Shown here: piece by piece, positions 20,220 through 35,672 of the stretch | Layout of the letters: every line of letters starts with the position of its first letter | How positions within the stretch are numbered: position 1 is the stretch's first letter | Source: Schmidtea polychroa | Taxonomy: Eukaryota | DNA length: 64,000 nucleotides | Direction of reading: 5' to 3' | Assembly (NCBI GenBank): GCA_044892525.1 | Contig: CM097885.1 | Coordinates: 47,307,727-47,371,726, forward strand | Notes under the pieces: model-generated | Databases searched by the model: none | Told to the model about the DNA's origin: nothing | What the model saw: only the letters and a program-made list of their open reading frames with translations | Translations under genes and position numbers: made by a program

Positions 20220-23200
20220 TGTTACGTAACAAAATCTTTAACCCCTGTTGATTATTATTGTTGTGACTATGACATTAATCACATAAATTATTAATCAAAT
20301 TTTTTAAATCTCTGAATTGTCTGATAAATATTAAGCCTTAACATTGGCGACCATATAGCAATTTAATACATACGAGAAGACGCTATTTTGCGAGTTTCAA
20401 TCAAACCATGCCACTTCCACAGAAATAATCCAGCTCTATGGTTTAGACAACTAGAATTCCAATTCAAGTAGTCAAATGATTAGACTAAATTTTATCATGT
20501 TATGGCTTATTTTACCGAAGATGTTGGGATAAATATTACAGAAACAGTTAATGAATCCTACCGATGTATCAAATGAATTAATATGCAGAATTTTGCCAAG
20601 CCATTGACCAATTGCATCGATTATACACTTGGAATATTTTGTCAAAATGACTCAAAACCCTCACAACTTCTTCAATAAATTAACACAGCGTTCACAGAAG
20701 CTCAAATAACAGACCATCGGTTATTGCGACATTAGTTTATTGAAGCTCTCCCAAATGATGTGAAGCTGATAATTACAAGTTATCAAGAAAAATCTACTGG
20801 AGAATTAATTGTAATAACTGACTGGATGACGGCAGCCATGGAAAATGAAATCAAATATTCAAAAAATGATTTTAAAATTCAGGCTTTTACGAAATTAAAA
20901 GAAGGAATACTCATTTAAAAAAAAGATCAAAAGAAATTGAATATCCTTTGTTTCACACTAAATATTGTAAAAAACGCCTGGAAATGCGAGAAATTGAAAG
21001 ATGGATCTCGATGCGCATTTTATATTCCGGGAAAATTAACCACTGCTGAAGCGTGTATTCCAAAGCGGTGTACGAATCTATAACAAAACAATTAATTGGT
21101 TTTTCAAAGTTTGCGATATATCACATTACGCTTTAATCGATTACAAGTTGATAAGAGTTTCAATTAATTCGATAGTTGTTAATAACATGATGGATTATTT
21201 CAACAAACCAGAATGTAACGCTGAGATAACAACGCAACACGAAATTGTTATGATATTTCAGCGGTTTCAACAAAGGTGGTTATATTGAGACAAATTAAAA
21301 GCTACCAAAGATTGGTTTAAAAAAATGATAGACATTTACAAATATCGATTATTAAACTCTTCAATTTCTTTGCTATTACTTATAATGAATCAAGATGTAA
21401 AATACAGATTTTGCAGTGATTACAGATATTTTTTTGATAGAATAATTTCTGATAGATATCCAATTCCTAGAATTGAATATATATTGCAGATTGTGCGAAA
21501 TAAAAAATTCTTTTTCAATATCGATCTTGAGAAGGCGTATTTACAAATTCCAATGAACGATAATGACATTCCAACTAATTATATAATTCATTTTTTTAAC
21601 CGTTTCATTTCAGAGGATGCAAATAAACTAGAATTGTTATATAGACTTATCAACTTTAAATCAAAAAAAAATAATAATGGTAAATATTAAAAGCTTGAAG
21701 TGCTTTGAGGAAGCTAAACCGATATTACAAAGAACTACTGAAATCGCGTTATCCCATAAATTGGAAACTACCATTTTGAGAACAGATGCATCAGGATCAG
21801 GTATTGGAGCATTACTGAAGCAAAACGAACGACCAATATCATTATTTAGCAGAGTCTAACGGGAACAGAATCTAGATACAGTACATACAACAGAAATTAC
21901 TCGCAATATACAAAGCTTGGAAGCACTTCAATCATTTCCTTGAAGCCGTCGAATTCGTGATAGAGACGGATCACAAATGGAGTGCCCAAGAACAACCAAA
22001 AGATCCAACAACAGACAATGGATACATATCACAAATTTCTACTGTCCTGGGAATAAAAACCAAGTTGTTGATGCACTCTCTAGAGCAAAAATAATGCAAA
22101 AGCAAAAACAAGGGATGAAGCATGAAAAAGATGAATTAATGAAAAAATGAAAATTAATTTTACCCTTCAAGTCTCAGAAGAGAAGCCTTTCAGATAATTC
22201 ACGATGTCGCTTATCCACGAAAACAAAAAACCAATATATTGATGTTGAGTTCATACACTTGACACAAGATGACAAAAGACATCCAAATGTGGTATCAGAA
22301 ATAAGATTCCTACTCAAAATCAAAGTTATATCGTCATATCAAAGCATCATCACAAGCTTTCACATCGGTTAAGTCAATTGTATACATTCTAAATAAATAT
22401 TGTTGGACCTCTCCCAGCAAATAACGGTACGTCTTATTTACTAACAATGATTGATCGACAGACATCATGATCTGGAGTATTAGCCATTAAAAGTATAGAT
22501 TCAGAAACCGTGTCAAAATCAATTATCGAGGTACAGATTTCCTGATATGGAATTCCATCTGAAATCGTAACAGATCGTTTACAAGCTATTTATTCCAATC
22601 TATGTACAATATTCTTGGAAAAAACGTAAATCTTACATGCGCTTATTATCCCCAAAGTAAATGGAAAGGTAGAAAGATTCCTTCTGACACTAAAATCTTA
22701 ATTCATGGCTTCAATGGATAAAACAAATAAAACACAAATATAAGTACTGCTAATCATTGTGTACCGACATTTAAACACACTACAGATAATCACGCGACAT
22801 TTAAACACACAGACATATTATCACAGCGACAGATTAACACTCGACACTTAAATGCGCGAACATATAATCACAACAAAAAAACCTTAAAGAACAAGATGGA
22901 TTCGTTTTACTTTTGTGTTCTGATCTCTTTAAATATTGCTATTAACTTGAGGTTTTAAAATAATGTCATTTTTGTCATTTTTAAGCTTAGTTTTTGTTCC
23001 ACTTCATTAAATTAATTTATTTGGAAAACAATATAGGCGTGTCGCACAATTTATCCTTCGAAGTTTTTAAAAGAATCATAACAATTAAACCCAGGCCTAA
23101 TTGACTTGATAAAACAATTATAAATAACTTAGTGTTGTTAAACAAAAAAAACAGCATTTTCGTAATAAAAAATGTAGTGGTTAAGTTTAAAATGCATACT

Positions 23201-23440
23201 TTGTTGTGATTATATGTTCGTGAGTTTAAGTGTCGCGTGTTAATCTGTCGCTATGATTATATGTCTGTGTGTTTAAATGTCGTGTGTTTAGGTGTCTGTG
23301 TTTAAATCTCATGTGTTTAAATTTCATGTAATCGCTAATGATAAGGAAAATCCCAAATTCTACCGGTTATTGTCTAACACAGAAAGAATTTGGATGGGAT
23401 CTTGCTGTACCAGGAGTTATGTTTAACTCCTCTAAAGAAG
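20220..23440 (+). mobile_element. Decayed Ty3/gypsy LTR retrotransposon (5' LTR ~20220-20343, PBS, gag, RT, RNase H, integrase)
   Basis: TG..CA segment then PBS TGGCGACC at 20345; gag NPALWFRQLEFQF; RT RFCSDYR...DRYPIPRIE...DLEKAYLQIPM; RNase H TDASGSGIGALL and ETDHK; integrase IVGPLP...LLTMIDR; many stops. Confidence 0.88.
22755..23333. mobile_element. Foldback MITE with repetitive TIRs, inserted in the gypsy integrase
   Basis: GACATTTAAACAC-type repeats mirrored by GTGTTTAAATGTC repeats; GCTAAT duplicated on both flanks. Confidence 0.7.
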
Positions 23441-25628
23441 TATCACTGTTAAGTTAATAATTACTCTTAGTTTGTTTCTAATTTGTATAGTTTATTTAGG
23501 AAATTTGATGAGCCCGAAACAGTCTCTGGGGTGCGTGTGTATCTGTGTGCTTATGACACCCCAAATAAAATGAATAATAAAATCAACAATAACACTTGTG
23601 AACAATAACAACTTTTATTAATGAAATAATATATATAAAACACACTATACTTACTGTTTATTTAGCTATTCACCGTGTATATTGAAGGAGTTGTAATAAA
23701 AAAAAACACTTGAGAATTTCCAATCTTTAGGAACGTTTGGATTTGAATTTGATTAGTGATGAAGATACTCGCTTCCCAATTATAAAAAATACTTGCTACC
23801 AACTATAATCAGTGATTGTCTGGTATTTTATAAACTTTAAGAGTATGTTTTTCTTTCTTTGAATGATTTGGATTATTTGAGATTTCTTGTATTTTAAATA
23901 TTTTTCTAAATCGATTTTTTTAATTTGTCAATATTTGTATAGCGATAATTTACTATGGTAGTAAATTATCGCTATATAGTATTTTTATTCTTGACCATTA
24001 TATTCTTTTCATTTGTCTATGACTGAGATGCCCATTATTTTTATTTTGAATCGCAAATACAACAGTTTGTACATGGTCTTAATGTCTTAGATATGCAAAT
24101 CAAATTCACTGGTATTTTTATATATGAGAAAAAAAAGTACAAAAAGGGCGCTCTATTACGTCTATGTTAAGGGTGTTAAGCGACCTCGAGCCACCACTGG
24201 ATACAACAAAACTAAATCACTTTTGTGTAAAGTTGATAATTGTTAACATGTTAATTCACCAACAAATCCAAAATATTTTTAAAAATTTTACTCCGAAACT
24301 TTTTTTTGATATAAAATAAATTATATAAAAGTAAAACAAATATTTTTTTGAAATAAAAATTAATTTTAAAATCTTTTCTAATGGAATTTTAATTTAAATT
24401 ATTCAATAATATTTGAAAAAAAGATTGTTTGGCTTTGAAAATAAAATTACATTAAATAAATCATCTGTGAAATATACACATTACTAATGAGATTTGTCTG
24501 TAAATTTATGTATGCTCAACGGATCCAGTTGAATTTTATGTTAGAGAAATATTTGGAAAATGTATCGAAATTTCACAAAATCAGTTTGGAGTGCATTCTA
24601 CTGTCAAAATGAAAATTTTCATTTCCAGGAATTGTGGACCAAATAGAAATAATTTTTTAATATTATCAATGTTGCGTTTGGTTGATGGAAATAATCATAA
24701 TTTTCATTGTTATTGACATCGCTAAATGAATAAATTCTAGCTTAGTGGTTTTGATAATTTTTTCAATAAAATATATTTTTAATTCGAAATTAAAATTAAA
24801 TTTTAAAATATAATAAAACCCTAATATCTTTAAATATAAAATTATGTATTTAAATGTATAAAATTAAGCACAAACAAAATTGATTATTTAATAAGTTTAA
24901 ATATTTATTATATTATAATTACATTATTAATTAAATATTAAATATATATAATTAATCTATTAATATTTCTAATTATATTTTTAAATCGAATTTTAAATCC
25001 TTTATTAGCGAAATTATTTAAACTAAGTTTTTTTGTTCACAATTCATCGAATATAATAGCTTAATTATGTCTTTTTATTCAACATAGTAGATAAACAAAT
25101 TTTTAGTGACATTTTGTGTTTTGATGTATTGTCAACAAATGAAAAAGACATAAAAATTTATTTTTATTGAAATTCTTTGTAAAAAAAAGGTTCTGAGAGT
25201 GAAGTATTGATGTGGATAAATATAAATATTGAATAAGTAATTATAATTTGTTAAGTGAAACAGTAAAACAATAAGAAATTCAATTTCTCTATATATTAAC
25301 TGTTGACAAAAATCTACAATTTTTTTGCATTAAATAAAAATTATAGGTCTTCTGTCATATTAGGAATGGAAATTAAATAACTTCAGATTTGTAATTGTTA
25401 ATAAAATATCATCAATTTACTCTGAATTATTTCGAGGAATTTCTATTACATTTCAGGCCAGGCTTCAATTCCATCTCAACTCTAATATGTACCCTATACT
25501 ATACATGTTTTTTTTAATATTTTTGAAATGTTTATAACATGTGATAGATGTTGAAAATAAATAAATACTTTTGGAAAATAACATGCGTTTGACTGAAAGA
25601 AAACAATTTTACAACACAACTTATATTT

Positions 25629-25657
25629 CCCAGGACAACCTCGGGTACCCAAGCTAG
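25629..25657 (+). mobile_element. Helitron-like 3' terminus
   Basis: Imperfect hairpin CCCAGGACAACCTCGGG followed by ...AGCTAG|T; 5' end not identified. Confidence 0.55.
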
Positions 25658-28600
25658 TAAATAAATTAAAAGAAATAATTTATATATTATTATATATTAA
25701 ATAATTAAAAATATATGAAAATATTTAACTGGAAAAAATTGATACTAGAAATATCATAGAAAAATTAATCGTGGTAAAGATGTTCTTGTCTGATGGGGAT
25801 CAAAAAATTTAACTGTACCTAACTGTTTGACGTGCAGTACATAACATCGGTACGGAATGCCTGATTTGAGATTGGTATTATAATATATAACGAAGCATGA
25901 TTGGCCACAAAGAAATTTCTTGAACGATTATAGTTGTGTTTTCGTTATGCAAATGAGTGCAAATAACTTTCAAATGTACAAAAAATCGAGTTCAAAGTAA
26001 TGAGTAAAATGACTGAGTCGAAAATACTGCTGCTGTATCAGTGATTGTTTTAAAGAAGAGTTGTTGGTAATTTTAGATTCTTAAGAGAATAGTTTAAAAA
26101 GATTTTCTGCATGATTACTTGCAACTAGTTTAAACCATTATTTTAAGTTAATAAAGAGTATAATCAAGCTAAGTGTTCAATTATTCAAATTCAATCTTTG
26201 AAATTACAGTATTGAAAATAATTTATTTGTGTTGGACCTATTTTTTAATATAAAAAGTACGTAGAGTCCGATTATAATTTTCTTTCCTTCCAAATTTATT
26301 TAATAACTTAATGGTCGACATATAAAGCAACTGAGGCGTAAACATTCATTTATATCGTAAAGTTCTTTTCCGATAGTGCTTAGATCAAAATGTAATTGTT
26401 TATTGTTTTAATTGTTAATTTTCAATTGACATCTTTTGCAATGAAAATGTTTTCAAAAATATTTTACATTTACAAATAGAATTTAAGAAATAGTAGAATT
26501 ATTTTCGGATAATTTATATTTAGGTTTTTCCGTTTTAGAAAGCAAATTTCTTTCAATATTAACTGAATATAATATTTGTAAATTTATAATATCATTAATA
26601 AATATAACCTTTCTGTGATATATCATGTTGTTTTAATAAATCAACTTAATTACTTTTCCAGTTTGTAATGTAAAATTTACATAATTTATTTTTATTAAAT
26701 GTGACAGAATTGTTTTTGAAATCTATGTAGATTTTTAATGGAATTGTTTGCTGTGTATTTTTCCAGAATGATGTCTACCGAATTAATAAAATTGGAATTT
26801 GTTTTAACATTAACAGAATTTTTTACATTAAAATGAATTTATTTAATCCAATTTTGTTTAAATTACCCACGATACGTACTAATATTTCTGTGGAATTCGC
26901 AGTCTGGCTACATTTTAAGGATATAAGCAAGGATATTTTAACGTAAAATATAATTAAAATGTTTGATTGCTCTTTTTAAATTTATATACACAAATTATTA
27001 TGGAGTTTCTGCGTGTTGTGAATGTGTTTTTTCAGTCTTGAAAATATTCTGCCCTCTCTGTAAAATTTACTTTTCTCTCCATGATTTATACTCTTATTTC
27101 TTTTGTCCCTTAACTCATCAAACTAGATATATTAACTCATTGAAAAGTTGAAATATAAAATATAGTAACTAAGACGAACATTGTAACTAATAAAATAAAA
27201 AATTTATTAATTATAGAATTGCGATCGTGATTGGCTGCAATACTGAGTGGAAACTTCTTCCGTATTGTTGATAAGAGTTTTTTTGTTGTTGAGCGTCATC
27301 ATCTTCGTTTTCATCTTAAAAGCGTGCGTATTTCTAGTTTCTGATTATTTAAACAAACCTTTTTTTCTCTTAGTAAATTTTTAATATAAATATATAAATT
27401 TTTAATATAATATAGATAAATGTGCAAACTTCTATAAAGTGGAGGCACTACATAAAGTATAACGAAATCCATTTAACACAAACTCTGTTATCGTGAATAC
27501 TCGCTTAACCAATATTTTTCTAAGGTCCCAGTTCAATATCAGTCAATAAATATCATCTTTTTAACGCAGGAACTCGGTTATTTGTGAATATATTTTGTAG
27601 ATTCCTAGTAGTTTTCATTAGGTTGATTTCACTGTATAGGTTATTGAGAAATTGTTCACAAATATTTCTATATTGTAGTAAATTCTTGGGAGACGGACTC
27701 GCTGAAAAAAAAAATCATATACCGATAATAATTATTTTTCACATTTTAAATTATTTACATACGCTATATTAAAATACTTAAAAATGAATGTTTTTTTTAA
27801 TTGGTGCTTATGGGTTATAAGTAGGCTTATAGTAGACCGTTCGCTTTGTTTCCAGCATAACCTAGGATATAATGTGTTGGACAATTTGATCCCAATTGAA
27901 CATTCAATATTAATAATGTATTGAATGAATGAATGTTCACATAATGTGAGCGCACTCTAGTATACAAAATTTCTCGTATATCATTACGGGTTCATGGACT
28001 GTCAATCTAAGTAATTGTCCATTAATCTATTTAATTATTTAAATACTGGAAATCGTAAAAGTTAGTATAAACCATAAGGTTTATTTAATTTTAATATGAT
28101 TAAATGCTTCGGGAGCTAATTAAGATGTTGACCCCTGGATCTTCGTTCATTTCTATTTTTCGGTCAGCTTGCGAAACCGGTGATCCAAGCTTTCTTCGTG
28201 CTCTGCAACGTAAATTTGGCTTTCGGGCTTACTTCTAATGTTTGCTCATCTCGATGCCTCAGTTGATATCTCCTAGACCTACTTGGTCCGTTCGCCATGG
28301 AACAACTCCGAATGTAATTCAGTGAGTGTACCTTGATTTATCCTTTCATCATTATTTTCCTGGTGCCCTTTGGTTACAAATTTGCGAATCGGGAGCTTTT
28401 GACACGCGCATTTCAACTTGGTCTCGGACTGATTGCTCTTTTGCCTTGTTCACCATCATCTTCTGGTATTTCATGGCATTTTAAAAATGTTGAAGATAGA
28501 TCTTTCTACTCCAATGTAAAAATTAAGTTACAAAAACTAGAATAGTTTAGATTTATTTCCAATCATTTTCGTCCTGGGTTGTAAATTTTAATATTTTTCA

Positions 28601-31052
28601 ATATAAATTTAACCTATTGTCCACTTGTAATTTGAGAAATTTAAAACGTGGAGGTGCTGAGTCAAAGGCATATACACTAGTTGAACCAAAATGTAACCGA
28701 GTGGTCACGATGAATAAAATAGGGTCCAGGATGCAAATGGACAGCTATCAAAGTTAGACGGGGTAAATATACCGAAAAAATAAAACATAAAAAACTGAAC
28801 TGGACTCAAAACTCTAAAATCACGAGAAAAACACAAAAATTTTAAAAACTGTGGTACACTTGTGAAGCACAAATAATTCGTAAAAACAATTTTGGATATA
28901 ACTCTATTTGTAGATTAAAGAATAGGCGATCCGGAGGCACCTTTATTAATGACATAAAGCAGGAGAGTACGCATCGATTAAGATTATAACAGGAAAGGTG
29001 GAAATCGGACAGAATTCAATGAAACTTTAGAGGAACCCAACAGTGATGGCACAGTCTAATCGGTGATAATGATGAAAGTAGTAAGAAATTTTGTATTGCA
29101 TAAAAAAGATTTTTATATAAATATGCAAAATTCAAAATTATTATGATTGTTTTCGAAGGTTTAAGACATGTAGAACGGTAATAAATAGAACAGAAGTCTA
29201 GAGCAATTTCGCAAACGGATGAAACACCGGTGGAATCTGGCAGAAAGATTCTGAGCGAAAAAATAACGGAAATTAGTCGTCATCGTCATAAACGTAGTCA
29301 CCAACTTATTTGTAGATGAAGAATATAAAATTTTATTTGAAATCGGCATGGTTCCGCCCAGACTTCGTCAAGAAACTACAAGTAGAGGACAACTGAGTGA
29401 TCAGGATATTTAAATATCACAATTGGGGAATAGATCCAAATGGCTTATAAAACTAAACGTCGGTATTCATGAGAACACGAGCGTCTGGAAGGCTTGTTTC
29501 CAACTCTGATATTGCTGACTGTCCAGCAGTCACCTCAACATTGTCACAGGAGCATAAGAAAGCATCCAAGCCGCGTCTACGAAAATATGAGCGGAAGAGA
29601 ATCAGGCAGCAAAATTCACGCGAATCACGCGGTCCGATGGGAAGCAGTGAAAGATTGAAAGATTGAAAGATTTATTTTTATATTTAATCGTAATATGGTC
29701 ATGGTTTAAAGCTAAATGGTTTGTATTAAAATTGTAATAAGTTTTAAGTTTCAAGGTAAAATCTCGTTATTGTGAAACTAAGCTAATTGTGTCAAGTTGA
29801 AATCAGCTTAAAATCAAATTGCCTACAAATAAAAATAAATGATTGAAAATTAAATTTGACACATAATGTAAATAACTCTATTAAGTTTCGCTTACTTAAT
29901 CGTATGGGGCACCTATAAAAATCACAAAACCTTTCATCTTGTGTTTCCAACTTCAAATGTCATTCGTTTAAATAAAATTCCTGATTTAGAAATTTTAGAT
30001 AGCAATCAATGACAAATGGTTAGGTCAAACGGACATAATGATGATGGGAACAATATGAAATATAGCGTTACATGTTCTATGCTAAGCCCGTGAACCCAGA
30101 TGTACGTCAATGTATTAGCAATTCTTGGGACATGTCTCATCTTTTGCTGATGGCCAACCACTAAATTGCAGCACCACTTTGATTGCAACGTGAATTTAGC
30201 GTAAAAATCAATAGTCAGCGCAATTACGAAGGGAAAGATTGTAAATTGTAAACACAGCAATAGAATAAGATGTACATTTACGAACACAGATATGAAACGT
30301 TTTCCCACTCGTAGCCCACTATATTTAACACAACTTTTTGGCAATGCATTTTCAAGACTTATTATAACACTTACAACTTTTTAAAAGCTGAAATCAAAAA
30401 TTTGTACTAAATAAGAAATCAACCAATAGCCGGTATTTAAATTAAAATAATTTAAATTTATTTATTTAAAACACTAAAAATATTTCAAAATTAATAATTA
30501 TAATTGAAATATCAGAAATTGAAATTTGAAAAATTTTAATATCAATACAAAATGACAAAAATTTAATAATTATGTAATTCAATAGGGTAAGTAAAGGATT
30601 ATTAAATATTATTCAAAGTAATTGTTTATTACTTTGAAATATAATTAGTGGGTATATATTTCCCATAACATTTATTGGGTCCATTTGTGTATAAGGATGT
30701 TAAATTAGATATATATATTGAAAATAACTGATAATGTCTACTTTATTTATTTGAAAAATTTGAAAATAAAATTATCCCAGGACAATTAAAGACTTCATGA
30801 CCTACCGCAACAGATAATCCAAACGTCGTAAATTATGTGACAAATTCATTTTACTATTCTCTCATTATTTGTTCTAATTAATATAAAAGAATGAATGATT
30901 ATCATCTTTTTCATCATAGATACATCACCATTTCTATTATTTTCTTTGCAAATAACAACAATTCAAACTGGGTCTTCAAAGGTTTTCATCAATAAAAGAA
31001 TGGTTTTCATTACGTGGCATTACCATTGTCAACAATAAATAATAGATAATAG

Positions 31053-31132
<80 letters not shown>

Positions 31133-31373
31133 TATAATTATTATTATTAATATTATTATTATTAATATTATTATTATTATTATCGTCATTATTATTATTA
31201 TTGTCTCTTAATCGGAAATTATTTCGATTTTTGTCACTGGTTAAGATTTTTATTGGAATATTTTTTTCTCCTTCATTGTTTGACATTGTTGACGGTGTCT
31301 ATATACTAAGGATTCTTCTGCAGGATCCGAGTGTTCATTAACTATCTGGTGCAAGATCCTGATTTTATCTCCT

Positions 31374-31577
31374 ATGTATATTTCTTTGGGAAGACATCTC
31401 CGACAGTGTCAGCCAACAGAGGAAAGAAAAAATATTTCAATCGAAATCATAGCTAATGAAAACATCCAAAAGAAAAATGTCAGAATCAAAGAAGCAATTC
31501 TCATCATAAACAGACAGCCAAAGATCAACACTAAAGAAGATATCAATGAAATCATGAATTTGATCTGTTGTCATTGA
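31374..31577 (+). pseudogene. Penelope-like element GIY-YIG endonuclease C-terminal fragment
   Basis: GRHLRQC...IEIIANE...RIKEAILI..QPKIN pattern. Confidence 0.7.
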
Positions 31578-31962
31578 CCTTGAGAATAACTGACAATATA
31601 TAAAGAAATTAATAAAAAAATATAATAAATTAAAAAGTAATAATTAAAATAATATAGACAATTTTAGGAAATATACTTTCAAAAGATAGAAATTAAAAAT
31701 CAAAATTGACACATTTATTGAAATATTTAAATAGCGTATATAAATAGTTATTGGAGGCTTTATTTTAAAATATTTTGAAAAATTTTATTAGGCTTCTAGA
31801 AGCTAATTATAGAAGCTTTATTAAAAAAATTTAGAAATTTTTAGTTTGTGTCATTTTGCAAATTTTAAATGGTATTTATTTTATTTTATTTTTAATTTTC
31901 AATAAGATTTTAAAAATTTTTAATAAATAGAAAAATAAACGAAAGTATATGTTATATTTAGA

Positions 31963-32323
<361 letters not shown>

Positions 32324-35300
32324 TACAACCATAATAAAAATAATTATTGTTATAGTACTATATGGATGACAATCGTAGTAACAATACTATTTTGATATAA
32401 TAATGGTCATAATAATATAATGATAATATTAAACAAGTAAATGATAAGATAAGTCTTTTACAGCAAAAAGCTTAAATTAGCATTTTCTTGTTTAACATTT
32501 AAATAAAAATACTACCAAGAAATCCTCATTTAATAATGATAATAATAATTATTATTATAATGGTAATGTTTTTGATACCATTCAATTCGCAAGATTTGGA
32601 GATGGTGTTTGCCGCCTTGATTATTAATAACGCTTGGTTTTGGCCTTCCACCCTTAATGAGGATCAATTTAAGGCATTATTCGATCACATCCGGAATAAA
32701 ACCCTGCAACTTTCTGTTAAGGCCGCATCAAATATTACATTTTTGTATTAATATAGTTTCTCATATGGTTCGATGAGAACCATATAAACTAGTCTGCAAT
32801 TATAAATCTCATTGAATATCATTTTACAAACTTTATTTTATTCGGTTAATTATCCGAAAACAAAAAATCATTGTCCATATAGTTGCCTATTTAATAATTC
32901 AACTTTCTTCAAAGACTTGTGAAAATAAAATAAAAGCTTTTAGGGATTTGTATTCTGATAGATATAAAAATAAATGAGAAAAATTATTAATTATTATATT
33001 TCTATAATGGTTCAGTGTAGTATTTGACGGATGTCTGACCTTTTATTAAAGATGAAAAGTAATGTTTGTGATACCCAGTGCAGATCCAAATACTATACTT
33101 GTTTTGAACTTTTGGGGTTTATTTAAGTATACAAAAGTGTTGAATCAATTTTCATTACATACTTTACCTGGTACACTGGATACTTCATTGCTTTCATTCT
33201 CATTTTGTATATATTCTACAGTAAATTCTTGCGATCAAAAATAGCTATTTAAGTGAGAATGAAACAACAAGATGTATCCCATTTGACCCAAAAGAAAGAT
33301 AGTCACAAATATCAGAGTGTTGAGAATACTTGAATAATAAAATAAAATAATAATCAAAATGAGTAAAATGAGTGGAAAGAATGGATGTTCTATAAGGGAA
33401 TTCTTCTAGGAGGGAATTCTAGAATTCTAAGAAATGGAACTAAAAGTAAAATTGAAAAAAAAGAAGAAAATACCAAAAATTAATAAATTCAAACAATGAA
33501 ACAGATAAGGTCAATAATAATTAGTTAGCATATATTTAAAAGGAAAAACAAAAACAAATTTGGAAATGAAATTATTTTATTTCGACAACTTGTCCGAGAT
33601 ACCAGATATATCACTAAGGAAATTGGAGGTTTGTTTGTGAACCAAAATTGAAAAAAAGGAAGCAACGGCAAATTATCTGTAAGTGAGATTGAAAACAGAA
33701 TATAAAAGCGAAACATAAGTTAGATCAAAAGACTCGAGGAAAGGGAAAGACCAAATGGCGAAATTTTATATAAAATTATTGAATAAAAATATTATCAAGT
33801 TAGGACAACCATTATAGTTAAAACTATTTATCGAGAAAATCGAATATTTTCATGATAATGCAGGGAAAGCAATTTGATTTATTCTACCAATTCTCGAAAC
33901 CAGAAGCAATACTTAGTTAGTCATAAATTAATAGTGCTATTCTTCCGGAAAGGTTGTATTAAGCATTCATTAACCACTGTTGCAATATTGAATCATTTTG
34001 TGTTGTAAATTTTTAATTAATTATGCTTATAAATAAAAGTTTATATGGTTTGGAATTTATTATTGTAATCAACCAATGCATGTTTTGGAGTCAGATCAAT
34101 AATTGTAAGTTTCACATTTAGCGAAGAACCCAATTGTACTAAAGTTTTATTGAGTTATTAGTATACCAGTCTAGTATTTTATTTTTTAAAATTTTGATAA
34201 CGATAAATTAATATACTTTTGGGAGTTTTAATTTAACTTTCCCTGAACACGCTTTGTCAGATACAAAGTAAAATATTATTTTGTTAAGGCTCAACTAAGC
34301 TTTTGGAAATTTATTCACATCAACTGATGGTTAAAATATATTTCAAAATTTTCACGGTTTATTTAAAAGAAAAAACTGATTTATTTAGAATAAATAAACA
34401 ATATTACTCTTGGTCAGAGGTTTCTTATCTTTTTAAAACAGTTTACCAATTAGTAAGGTATAATATATAGTAGACCCCCTTACGACCACCCGGTTTTACG
34501 ACCTCGTTTTCTGGAACCAATCACGACCATGACTCACAAATTCGACTAGCCTAGCCACGCATTCCCCCAACCTAAAATAGTTAGGCCCTAACTTCAAAAT
34601 GAGTTCATAAAAGATTTCCTAGATATTCAAGTAATGCCGTTTTTTGTCACTTGTGTCTTTTAAAAATATTTTTTCGACCAAAAAACGACTAACCCTACCT
34701 CAATAAAGTTTTGTTAAAACTATCAACTTGCTTTTTAAAAAGTTCCCACAAACATAAACATGCACCATACATTTTTACACCGAGTATGAATGTGATCGAC
34801 GTAGAAAAATAATATTACACCAAATATTGTTTTCATTATTAATTCATCACTTATTGCGTACCGGTAGGTCGATATTCACGTGCCAAAGATTGAGAACGGC
34901 CGCTGTGGTAAAAGTGAAAAAACTGATAAAATGTTTAAATTCAAGTTATTTTTCAAATAAAATTTATTCCATTTTTAGTTAATTCAAAATGGTAATAAAA
35001 AATTTTCATCAAGATTTATCATGATTCAATTGCAAACGGAACCAGCAAACGCAATTACGAAACAAATATAATGTTTGATATTTTTCTCAAAGAATTGCTA
35101 AATTTTCAAAATAAAAGAACCGATTTGCTAAATGAAGCCCATAAATTATGGAAATCAAATAATCCGACAGTTTTCATGAGCCTATTAGGTTTATTCGTCC
35201 AGAAAAAATAATTGAAAAAATTAGATTTCTAATATTTATCAAATTTATATTTAAGATAATTAAACTGAAATTCTACAATATTTTATTTATTGTCTATTTA

Positions 35301-35633
35301 TTAAATAATATTTAAAATAATTATATAATTTTAAATTGATGAATAAAATTATTATTCTTCTCTGTGTTTTTTTGCATAATAAATAAAAAGTAAAAAGTGC
35401 AGCCGTCCCAGGTTTCATAATTTAAAAACCTCGAACCGAATTTTCTCTTTTATAAAAACTACAAATAATAAATAAATTTATAAATAATTATAAATAATAA
35501 TAAATAAATTTATGGTTATGATACAATAATGTGCTCTTTTAGAAAAAATTGAGACAACATTATTTTAAAATAAATAGTTAAACATACATGGCAATGAATT
35601 AATTATAAGATAACGCCAATCAAACATTCTTTT

Positions 35634-35672
35634 CACGATTAATTTCGACAGTTTTCCTGTCATCATCAGGTG
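35634..35672 (-). ncRNA. Minimal type I hammerhead ribozyme
   Basis: Minus strand CAC-CTGATGA-T-GACAG(GAAAA)CTGTC-GAAA-TTAA-TC-GTG: intact core, 5-bp stem II, palindromic loop III. Confidence 0.8.

Noticed and set aside
23505..23530. TTGATGAGCCCGAAACAGTC hammerhead-like motif
   Set aside because: Core C is missing and there is no convincing stem I or II.
30006..30344. 112-aa ORF as a host gene
   Set aside because: No recognisable motif or clear exon structure.
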